A stretch of DNA of 55,005 bases from Thermoanaerobaculia bacterium (lineage in GTDB: Bacteria > Acidobacteriota > Thermoanaerobaculia > Multivoradales > UBA5704). The first letter of the stretch is position 1, and the number at the start of each line of letters is the position of its first letter. The notes under the pieces were generated by a model, which had not been told where the DNA came from, did no database searches, and saw only the letters and a program-made list of their open reading frames with translations. Where the stretch lies: NCBI GenBank assembly GCA_036397955.1, contig DASWHY010000275.1:1-55005 (forward strand), written 5' to 3'. Both the position numbers and the translations under genes were made by a program. This document shows, piece by piece, positions 7,633 to 15,345 of this stretch.

Positions 7633-10032
7633 TTGTCGCAGGAATTGCGCCGCGCCGCCCGCAACCTCGTCCGCCATCGCGGCTTCGCCCTCGCCGTGGT
7701 GCTCTGCCTGGCCCTCGGTCTCGCGGCGACGAGCGCCAACTTCAGCGTGGCTTACGGCGTCCTGCTCCGGGCTCTGCCGTACCACGAGCCCCGGAGGCTG
7801 GTCGTCGTCTGGAACCACTTCGGCGACCAGGAACCTGCCCAGCGCGCGCTTTCCGAGCCGGAGCTCGCCGACCTCGCCGCGGAGGGCGACGGCTTCGAAT
7901 CCGTTGCCGGGATGATGGGATGGCGCTTCACCCTGACCGGCACGGGCGAGCCCGAGCAAATCGTGGGCGCGCGGGCTTCAGCCGACCTGTTCCGGGCTCT
8001 CGGCCGCGGGGCCGAGGTCGGCCGGACCTTCCTCGCCCACGAGGACGGGCCCGGCAGCGAGCCGGTGGCCGTGCTCTCCCACGGCTTCTGGCAACGGCGG
8101 TTCGGAGGCGAGCGCCAGATCGTGGGCCGGACGATCGTCCTAAACGGCCAGGCCCACACCGTGGTCGGCGTCATGCCGCCGGGCTTCCGCATCCTCGGCA
8201 ATTACGAGATCTGGACGCCGATGGTCCTCGATCCCGAGCACATGATGCCGCGCAGCGCGCGAGCGGTTCAGGTCTTCGCTCGGCTGCGGCCGGGGATCGA
8301 GCTCGGCGAGGCGCAGGCGCGACTCGACGCTTTGGCGGGCCGCTGGCGCGAGCGCGAGCCGGATCACTATCCCGCCGACGGCTGGCGCCTCACGGCCCGT
8401 CCCCTGCTGGAGGAGATCGTGGGCACGGCCCGGCCGGCGATCCTGGCACGTCTGGCGGCGGGGCTCGCGGTGCTCGTGCTGGCGTGCGGCAACACGGCCC
8501 AACTGCTCCTCGCCCGGGCGGCCCGGCGCGAGGTCGAGACGGCCGTGCGCGCGGCCCTCGGGGCGAGCCGCTGGTTCCTCGGCCGGCCGGCCCTCGCCGA
8601 AGCGACGCTCCTCGCCCTCGCCGGGGGTGTCGTGGGAGTTTTCTTGGCCCGGGCCGCCGTACGGCTTCTTCGCTTTCTCTCGCCGGCGGGGCTCCCGCGG
8701 CTCGACGCCGTCGCCGTCGACGGGCCGGTGATCGTCTTCACCTTTTTCCTGGCTTTCTTGAGCGCTCTGGCCGTGGGCTCGCTGCCGACATGGCGCTCAC
8801 CCCACGAGCGGCTCGCCCGGCTCCTCAAGGAAGGCGGCCGCGGTGCCGGCGCCGCGGCCGGCGGCCGTTTCCTGATCGTCGTCGAGGTGGCGCTCGCCCT
8901 GGTGGTCTTGACGAGCGCCGGCCTTCTGGCCCGGAGCTTCTGGCGCCTCGAAGGGGCGGATCCGGGCTTCCGCCGGCAGGGCGTGCTGACGGCGCAGCTC
9001 TCGCTGCCGCGCTCGAGCTACCCTGAGGGCGCCCTGACGACGGATTTCTTCGACCGGCTCCTCGAGCGGGCGGCGGCTCTGCCCGGCATCCGGGCGGCGG
9101 GGGCGGTTTCGCAACTGCCGCTCACCGGGGGCAGCTTTTCGGGCACGATCGAGATCGAAGGCCAACCGCCGCCGGCCGGCCAGCAGGGGCCCACCGTGGG
9201 CTGGCGGATGGCCACCCCCGACTACTTCCGCGCGATGGACGTTCCCGTCGTCGACGGCCGGCCCTTCGACGGCCGAGACCACGCGGAGGCTCCGGCGGTG
9301 GTGATCGTCGACGAGGGAATGGCGAAGCGGTTCTGGCCGGGGCGCAGCGCCGTCGGCCAACGCCTCGCCCTCGGCGACTGGGCGGACACCGGTCCGCTGA
9401 CGGTGGTGGGCGTCGTCGGCCAGGTGCGCCAGGAGGGTCTCGACCAGGTTCCGCTCGAGCAGCTCTACCTGCCCCTGGCGCAAATGCCGCGCCGGTCCAT
9501 GGCCGTGGTGCTCCGTGCCGAAGGGGATCCGGCCGAGCTCGCCGCGCCCCTACGGCGGCTGGTGACCGAGCTCGACGCCGGCCTCCCGGTCTCCGCGGTG
9601 GCGACGATCGAAGAGCTCCTCGCGTCTTCCCTCTCTGGTTTCCGCACGAACGCCTCGCTCTTCGGCCTGCTGGCGGCGGTGGCCGTCGTCCTCGCGGCCG
9701 TCGGCGTCCACGGCGTCACCGCGCTCTCGGCCGCCCGGCGGACCCGGGAGTTCGGCGTGCGCCTCGCTCTCGGCGGGAGCCGGCGCGACGTCGTACTCCT
9801 GGTGCTCCGCCGCAGCCTGGGGCTCGCCTTGGCCGGCGTCGGCCTCGGGCTGCTCGCGGCCTTCTGGGTGACCCGGATCCTCGCCGCCATGCTCTACGGC
9901 GTCGAGCCCTTCGACCCTCCGACCTTCACCGCCGCCGCGCTCTTCCTGGTCGCCGTCACCCTCCTGGCCGGCCTGCGCCCTGCCTGGCGCGCTTCGCGCA
10001 CCGACCCGATCGCGGCCCTGCGGCACGAATGA
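7633..10032 (+). CDS. ADOP-family duplicated FtsX/MacB-type ABC permease, 799 aa
   Basis: The TTG start at 7633 has AAGGA upstream. The N-terminus (M)SQELRRAARNLVRHRGFALAVVLCLALGLAATSANFSVAYGVLLRALPYHEPRRLVVVW matches the ADOP consensus (LRxLxxxPGFxxxAVLxLALGIGAxxAIFS...LPYxxPxRLV). Two permease halves are present, each ending in FtsX-like TM helices. No ATPase gene is adjacent. Confidence 0.85.
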   Translation: MSQELRRAARNLVRHRGFALAVVLCLALGLAATSANFSVAYGVLLRALPYHEPRRLVVVWNHFGDQEPAQRALSEPELADLAAEGDGFESVAGMMGWRFTLTGTGEPEQIVGARASADLFRALGRGAEVGRTFLAHEDGPGSEPVAVLSHGFWQRRFGGERQIVGRTIVLNGQAHTVVGVMPPGFRILGNYEIWTPMVLDPEHMMPRSARAVQVFARLRPGIELGEAQARLDALAGRWREREPDHYPADGWRLTARPLLEEIVGTARPAILARLAAGLAVLVLACGNTAQLLLARAARREVETAVRAALGASRWFLGRPALAEATLLALAGGVVGVFLARAAVRLLRFLSPAGLPRLDAVAVDGPVIVFTFFLAFLSALAVGSLPTWRSPHERLARLLKEGGRGAGAAAGGRFLIVVEVALALVVLTSAGLLARSFWRLEGADPGFRRQGVLTAQLSLPRSSYPEGALTTDFFDRLLERAAALPGIRAAGAVSQLPLTGGSFSGTIEIEGQPPPAGQQGPTVGWRMATPDYFRAMDVPVVDGRPFDGRDHAEAPAVVIVDEGMAKRFWPGRSAVGQRLALGDWADTGPLTVVGVVGQVRQEGLDQVPLEQLYLPLAQMPRRSMAVVLRAEGDPAELAAPLRRLVTELDAGLPVSAVATIEELLASSLSGFRTNASLFGLLAAVAVVLAAVGVHGVTALSAARRTREFGVRLALGGSRRDVVLLVLRRSLGLALAGVGLGLLAAFWVTRILAAMLYGVEPFDPPTFTAAALFLVAVTLLAGLRPAWRASRTDPIAALRHE

Positions 10033-10036
10033 CCAC

Positions 10037-11428
10037 TCAGGGCTCCTCGAAGAAGAGCCCTTCCGCGGCGCCCCGGGTAGAGTTGACGACAGCCCCCTCG
10101 ACGCGGGGAGCGAGGCGCAGCATACCGCCGGCATAGCGCTCACCGACGGTGAAGACACCCCAGACGACGTCGTGGACCGCCGGGCCGCGCGCGCCGTCCA
10201 GGGCCATAAGGGGAGACGGGAGGAGGCGTTTCTGGACGATCCAATCGCCGGCCGCCAGGGCGCGGCTCAGGATCGCTTCCCATCGCGGGGGCGGAGTCGC
10301 GTGCCCCAGGGCGACGCCGGCGCCGCCGCCGGAGCGGCCGGGCTTCATCACCAGGCGCTCGCGCTCGGCGAGCACGAGGTCGCGCAGGACCACCCGGCGG
10401 CCTTCGTGCTCGACCATGCCCGGACGAATCTGGCGGGTCCACGGGACCACCCGGTCGATCAGCGCCCCCTCCTCGGCGGAGAAGAGCCGCCCGGCGTGCT
10501 CCGAGAGCAGCGCCAGGTTGCGCTTGTCGGCGAGGATCAGGGCGACCGGGCCGTTGTAGAGGCGCACCTGCCCCGATTTCCAGGACCTGAAGAGAGGGCC
10601 GCGGTGGGAAACGCCTTGCTCGATCACTGCGGCCACCGGCCGGCGGCCGAGGACGACGCCGCGGGATTCGCTCCGCAGGTCGGCGGCCCGCCCGATCACC
10701 ACCCGTCCCCGGCGGCCCGGGGCCAGCCGCGCCAGGACCCCGGCCAGAGCGTCGCTGGCGTAGGCCTCGATCCCGACGGCCAGATCCGGCGTCAGAGCCG
10801 CCTCGGTGGTCAGGGCGACGTCGAGGTCGCCTCCGTTCGGTGCTGTCGCCGCCAGCGTCTCGCCGACCACGTGCTCGAGGAGGATCGCCATCGACGGTGT
10901 GTGGACGAGATTCACGCCGCTGGCGGCGAGCTCGTCAAAAAAGTCCCTTACCGGCGGCGTCGAGCGGCAGACGGAAGCCAGCCGGCCGAGATCCCAGCCG
11001 CCCGCGAGCCCCAGGTTCACCTCGATGATCCGGGGGCCCGCGCAGGTCCAGAGAAAATCGGTGCGGGCGATCACGCCCTCGAAGCCGCCGATCTCCTCGG
11101 CGATCATCCGCGCCAGGGATGGATCGCCGAGGCGGTAGAAGGCGGCGAGATGCTCGGGGCGGTTGCCGAAGAAGCGTTCGGGAAGCGTCCGCACGAGACG
11201 GACGACGCCGCGGCAGGCAGCGGCGAGCTCCTCCACCGCCGGCCGATCGAGCACGAAGGGCCAGGGCTGGAAAAGGAAAGTCCTGCGCGTGGCAGCCGCC
11301 AGGGAGACGAAGGCGTCGTGGTCGCACCAGCGGGGATCGGCGGCCGCGCGCTCGAGCAGACGCGCCGAGATCGGACCTAGCGCCCGATGGGCTCGGCGGA
11401 CCTCGTCGTCGAGAGGCAGAACGCTCAC
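10037..11428 (-). CDS. ATP-grasp-fold ligase of the glutathionylspermidine-synthase / circularly permuted ATP-grasp group, 463 aa
   Basis: The GTG start at 11428 overlaps the TGA of the TE-containing NRPS (GTGA). By eye, the protein aligns with E. coli YgiC/Gss synthetase motifs: RTDFLWTCAGPRIIEVNLG (RLDLAWDxxGxPKLLExN), ILADKRNLALLSE (ISNKALLPLLWE), LVMKPGRSGGGAGVALG (VVKPxxSREGANV), WIVQKRL (IVQQF), and YAGGMLRLAP...VVNSTRGAAEGLFF (AGIGIRED..ITxxxSRFxPH). The ORF-track entry 10037-12700 is an upstream artefact extension. Confidence 0.6.
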   Translation of the reverse strand: MSVLPLDDEVRRAHRALGPISARLLERAAADPRWCDHDAFVSLAAATRRTFLFQPWPFVLDRPAVEELAAACRGVVRLVRTLPERFFGNRPEHLAAFYRLGDPSLARMIAEEIGGFEGVIARTDFLWTCAGPRIIEVNLGLAGGWDLGRLASVCRSTPPVRDFFDELAASGVNLVHTPSMAILLEHVVGETLAATAPNGGDLDVALTTEAALTPDLAVGIEAYASDALAGVLARLAPGRRGRVVIGRAADLRSESRGVVLGRRPVAAVIEQGVSHRGPLFRSWKSGQVRLYNGPVALILADKRNLALLSEHAGRLFSAEEGALIDRVVPWTRQIRPGMVEHEGRRVVLRDLVLAERERLVMKPGRSGGGAGVALGHATPPPRWEAILSRALAAGDWIVQKRLLPSPLMALDGARGPAVHDVVWGVFTVGERYAGGMLRLAPRVEGAVVNSTRGAAEGLFFEEP

Positions 11429-14400
11429 CCTTCCACCTCCGCCGTCGCGACGGCCCGGTCGAGGGCCTCTCTCAGGGATTCGGCGAGCCCGTCGACCCAG
11501 GGCTCGGCCACGAGGTTCCGATGGGTCCCGGGGACCACCCGGACGTCGAGGCTGGCCGCGAGCTCGCCCCAGCGCTCGACCAGGGGCTCGCGCTCGTCGT
11601 CCGCCCGTTCCTGCGAGAGCACGAGGGTCAGGCGGCCGGGATAGCGCGGCGGCCGGTAGCGCTTCACGAGATCGCCGTTCATCCGCACGACGGAGAGGAT
11701 CGCCCGGGCGTCGTCGAGGTCGAAGTCGCGCGGCAAGGCGCCGGAAGACCGGCCGAGCTCGACCACGTAGCGCAGTTGCTCCTCCTCCTCCATGGCGCGC
11801 AGCTCTTCGGTCGTGCGTTCGATGCTCGAGCCGAGGAGCTCCTTGAGGATCACCGCTTGATCGATCTCGAGGTCGGCGGCCTCGCCGGCGCCGACGAGAA
11901 AGGTGTCGATCACCGCCAACAAGGCTACTTCCGCGCCCTGGCGGCGGAGCGCCTGGGCGACGGCGAAGGCAACCATGCCGCCGAAGGACCAGCCGCCCAG
12001 GCAGTAGCCGCCTCCGGGATGGACCTCGCGCAGGGCCCCGGCATAGACCGCCGCCATCTCTTCGAGGCTCCGGTAGCGGACGTCGGTGCCCACGAGGTGG
12101 AGGGCGTCGAAGCCATAGAAGGGACGCTCGGGCCCTAGCCGACGCGCGAGGTCCTGGTAGCAGAGCGGGCTGCCGCCCAGGGGATGGGCGCAGAAAAAGG
12201 GCGTGGCCTCGCCCCGAGGCTGGAGAGCCACCACCACGTCGCGGCGGCGTATGCCGGGCTCGCTCCGGCGAAGCTGGAGCGCCTGGGTCTCGACGGTCGG
12301 CGCCTCGAAGAGGCTCGCCAGGGAGATCGAGTGGCCCAGATCGCGCTCGATCCGCCCGACGAGCGGGGCCACCAGGAGGGAATGGCCGCCGAGATCGAAG
12401 AAATCGTCGCGCACTCCGACCGGCGCGATTCCGAGGATCTCCTCCCAGACGTGTACCAGCCGCAGCTCTAGGGGATCGCGGGCCGGCTGGTAGGGCTCGG
12501 CCAGCTCCGGACGCGACGTCGAAGGCGCGGGCAGGGCGGCGCGGTCGAGCTTGCCGTTGGGGGTCAGGGGCAGAGCCCCGAGGACGACGAAGGCCGAGGG
12601 GACGGCCGTGGCGGGCAGGGATTCCCGGGCGTGAAGACCGAGCTCGCGGGCGCTCGGCTCCGGTTCGCCGATCGCCGGCACGACGTAGGCCACGAGCCAC
12701 TTCTCGCCCCCGGGGCCGTCGTCGCGCGCCACCACGGCGACGTCGCCTACGTCCGGGTGCGTCCTGAGCGCCGCCTCGACTTCTTTCGGCTCGACCCGCG
12801 CGCCGCGGATCTTGACCTGCTCGTCGAGGCGTCCGCGGAACTCGAGCAGGCCGTCCTCGCGCAGGACCCCGAGGTCGCCGGTGCGGTAGAGGAGATCGTC
12901 GGGATCGTCGCGAAAGGGATTAGCGGCGAAGCGGTCGCCGCTGGAGTCGCCGCCGAGAAAGCCGAGGCTCCGAAACGGCGTTCGGATGACGATCTCGCCG
13001 GGCTCGCCGAGCCCGTGGAGGCGATCTCCCGACAGGATCAATGCCTGGGTCTCGGGCAACGGTCGGCCGAGGGGCTGGATCCCCGGCTCCGGCGGATCGG
13101 GAACCGGGAAGAAACACTTGGCGAGGGTGGTCTCGGTCGGGCCGTAGAGGTTGACGATCTCGCCGGCCACGGCGAAGGTCCGCCGCAGGCGCTCGACGAG
13201 ATCGTCGGCCAAGGGCTCGCCGGCGAAGAAGAGGTAGCGCAGCGCCGAGAGATCGACTTCCCGCGGCGCTCCCGTGAGCCAGGCGCGAGCCACCGACGGG
13301 ACGGCGTGGAGCCCCGTGACGCGCCGCGCCGCGAGCCACTCGGGAAGCCCCGGCGACGCCGCGGTCGTCCCGGGCGGCGGCAGGCAGAGGGTGGCGCCCG
13401 AGGTCAGGGGCAGGAAGACGTCCCGCATGAGGACGTCGAACGACAGGCCGGTGAGCTGGGCGAAGCGCTCGCCGGGCCCGACGCCGAACCGGGCACGCTG
13501 CCAGGCGAGGAAATGGGCCAGGCCGCGGTGGCGACCAAGGACCGGCTTGGGCTTGCCCGTGCTGCCCGAGGTGAAGAAGACGTACGCCGGATCGTCGCCG
13601 CAGACCGCCGGCAGGTCAGCCGCCGCGGCGCCGGCGGCGCTCGCGGAGTCGAGGCGTCGGCGCGCGCCGGCGAGCTCGCGCAGACGCCGTCGCCGCTCGG
13701 CCGGCAAGGCCGGATCGATCGGCACCAGCACGCCGCCCGCGAGCACGATACCGAGGGCGCCGGCGACGAGGTCGGCCGAGCGCGGGCCGGAAAGCGCCAC
13801 GGCCTCGCCCGGAGCAAGACCCTCGGCCCGTAGGTCGGCCGCCACGGCGAGGGCCCGCGCGCGGAGCTCCCGGTAGGTCACGACCCTCCCCTCCTCTTCC
13901 ACCGCCGGTCTCTCCGGCCGGGCCGCGGCCATCTCCAGGAAACGCGACGGCAGGAGGTCGTAGGACGGCACCGGCAGCACCGCCGCGGGATCGGGGAGGA
14001 TCGTCCGGGCCCTCGGAGTGACGAGGGAGAAGTCCCCCAGGCGGCGCTCCGGATCCCCGGCGGCCGTCTCGAGGACGGCGGCGAGCTGGGCGAGGATCTC
14101 GTCGACGGCCTCGGCGGTGAAGCGCCGGGCGTCGTATTTTATGGCCAGGCCGAGGCGCGCGCCGCCGGGTTGGCCGTGGAGGGTGAGGGGGAGGCTCGTC
14201 TGCTCGATGGCGCGGTAGCCGGAGAGCTCGAGGCCGAGCCCGTCGGCGCCCGCCGCGCCGGCGTCGTCGACGGGATAGTTCTCGAAGACGACGATGCTCT
14301 CGAAAAGCGGACGACCCCGCGGCACCTCGCTCCATCCCTGGACGTCGGCGAGCGAGCTCGCCTCGTGGGCTCGAAGCTCCAGGAGCCGCCCCTGGAGCTC

Positions 14401-15345
14401 GGCCGCCGTCTCGTCGAAGGGGCGCCCGGGAACGAGCCTCAAGCGCACCGGCAGGGTGTTCAAGAACAGCCCGACCATACTCTCGACCCCGGCAAGCTCG
14501 GCCGGCCGGCCGGCTACGACGACGCCGAAAAGCACGTCGTGCTCGCCGGACCAGCGGCCGAGGAGCAAGGCCCAGGCGGTCTGGAGCATGGTGCTCGGGG
14601 TGAGGCCGGCGCGGCGGGCGAGGCCCTCGAGGGCGGCGGTCGCCGCCTCGGAGATCGCGGTCTTGCGCTGGTCGTAGAGCTTTCGCGGCAACGGCTCGAG
14701 GCGGCGGGAAAATCCCAGGGGGGTCGGGGCGGTGAAGCCCGCGAGCTCGTGGCGCCAGAAATCCTCCGCCCCTTTCCGGTCCTGCTCCACAAGCCAGGCG
14801 ACGTAGTCGGCGTAGGGCCTCGGCACCGGCAGCTCGACCTCTTCGCCCCGGCGTGCCGCCCGATAGAAGACGAAGAACTCGCGGAAGAGGATCGGCATCG
14901 ACCAGCCGTCGAGGAGCAGGTGGTGATGGCTCCAGACAAACCGGTTGAGCCGTTCCCCGAGGTGGAGGAGCCGGAGCCGGACGAGCGGAGCCGAGGCGAG
15001 ATCGAAGCCGCGCTCGCGGTCTTCGGCCAGCAGCGCGTCGAGGCGGGCGTCGCGCTCGGCGGGATCTACCCCGCGCCAGTCCTCGATCGCCAGGGGAAGG
15101 TCGACGCCGGCGAGCACCACCTGGACCGGCTCGTCGAGGCTTTGCCAGTCGAAGGCGGTGCGCAGCACGGCATGGCGCTCGGCCACCCGCCGCCAGGCCC
15201 GTTCGAAGGCGGTCAGGTCGAGCTCGCCCGCGAGCTCGCAGGTCATCTGCTCGAAGTAAACCCCGGACTCTGGGGCGTAGAGAGTATGAAAGAGCATGCC
15301 CTGCTGCATCGGCGAGAGCGGGTAGACGTTCTCGATCTGACTCAA
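11425..15345 (-). CDS. NRPS, module 10: C(DCL-type)-A-T-TE, 1306 aa
   Basis: The probable TTG start at 15345 (GGAGGG 8 nt upstream) overlaps the upstream stop (TTGA). Motifs: IENVYPLSPMQQGMLFH, SHHHLLLDGWS (~14893-14935), AYVFFTSGSTGKPKP, LSFDVLMRD, NLYGPTETTLAKC, PNGKLDRAAL (~12538-12575), FFDLGGHSLLVAPL (~12368-12412), and TE GGWSFGG (~11978-11998). The 3226-aa ORF-track entry is an artefact upstream of 15345. Confidence 0.93.
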   Translation of the reverse strand: MSQIENVYPLSPMQQGMLFHTLYAPESGVYFEQMTCELAGELDLTAFERAWRRVAERHAVLRTAFDWQSLDEPVQVVLAGVDLPLAIEDWRGVDPAERDARLDALLAEDRERGFDLASAPLVRLRLLHLGERLNRFVWSHHHLLLDGWSMPILFREFFVFYRAARRGEEVELPVPRPYADYVAWLVEQDRKGAEDFWRHELAGFTAPTPLGFSRRLEPLPRKLYDQRKTAISEAATAALEGLARRAGLTPSTMLQTAWALLLGRWSGEHDVLFGVVVAGRPAELAGVESMVGLFLNTLPVRLRLVPGRPFDETAAELQGRLLELRAHEASSLADVQGWSEVPRGRPLFESIVVFENYPVDDAGAAGADGLGLELSGYRAIEQTSLPLTLHGQPGGARLGLAIKYDARRFTAEAVDEILAQLAAVLETAAGDPERRLGDFSLVTPRARTILPDPAAVLPVPSYDLLPSRFLEMAAARPERPAVEEEGRVVTYRELRARALAVAADLRAEGLAPGEAVALSGPRSADLVAGALGIVLAGGVLVPIDPALPAERRRRLRELAGARRRLDSASAAGAAAADLPAVCGDDPAYVFFTSGSTGKPKPVLGRHRGLAHFLAWQRARFGVGPGERFAQLTGLSFDVLMRDVFLPLTSGATLCLPPPGTTAASPGLPEWLAARRVTGLHAVPSVARAWLTGAPREVDLSALRYLFFAGEPLADDLVERLRRTFAVAGEIVNLYGPTETTLAKCFFPVPDPPEPGIQPLGRPLPETQALILSGDRLHGLGEPGEIVIRTPFRSLGFLGGDSSGDRFAANPFRDDPDDLLYRTGDLGVLREDGLLEFRGRLDEQVKIRGARVEPKEVEAALRTHPDVGDVAVVARDDGPGGEKWLVAYVVPAIGEPEPSARELGLHARESLPATAVPSAFVVLGALPLTPNGKLDRAALPAPSTSRPELAEPYQPARDPLELRLVHVWEEILGIAPVGVRDDFFDLGGHSLLVAPLVGRIERDLGHSISLASLFEAPTVETQALQLRRSEPGIRRRDVVVALQPRGEATPFFCAHPLGGSPLCYQDLARRLGPERPFYGFDALHLVGTDVRYRSLEEMAAVYAGALREVHPGGGYCLGGWSFGGMVAFAVAQALRRQGAEVALLAVIDTFLVGAGEAADLEIDQAVILKELLGSSIERTTEELRAMEEEEQLRYVVELGRSSGALPRDFDLDDARAILSVVRMNGDLVKRYRPPRYPGRLTLVLSQERADDEREPLVERWGELAASLDVRVVPGTHRNLVAEPWVDGLAESLREALDRAVATAEVEG
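11428..12250 (-). other. thioesterase (TE) release domain
   Basis: Motifs: PFFCAHPLGGSPLCYQDLARRL, nucleophile elbow GGWSFGG (~11978-11998), and C-terminal PGTHRNL with the His. Confidence 0.85.

Noticed and set aside
7617-9026. A 469-aa plus-strand ORF overlapping the ADOP permease in another frame. Similar Arg-rich alternative-frame ORFs occur throughout the window (e.g. 24903-28028, 28041-30329, 30861-33629, 36008-40432, 45001-46692, 46723-48909).
   Set aside because: The composition is dominated by Arg, Pro, Gly and Ala, as expected for off-frame translation of high-GC coding DNA. They have no motifs, and each is fully contained in a well-supported gene.
10040-10060. GGGCTC-n9-GAGCCC inverted repeat at the convergent gene junction, considered as a bidirectional terminator.
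   Set aside because: It has only a 6-bp stem with a 9-nt loop and no U-tract, and it lies within coding sequence. Mentioned under the ADOP finding only.
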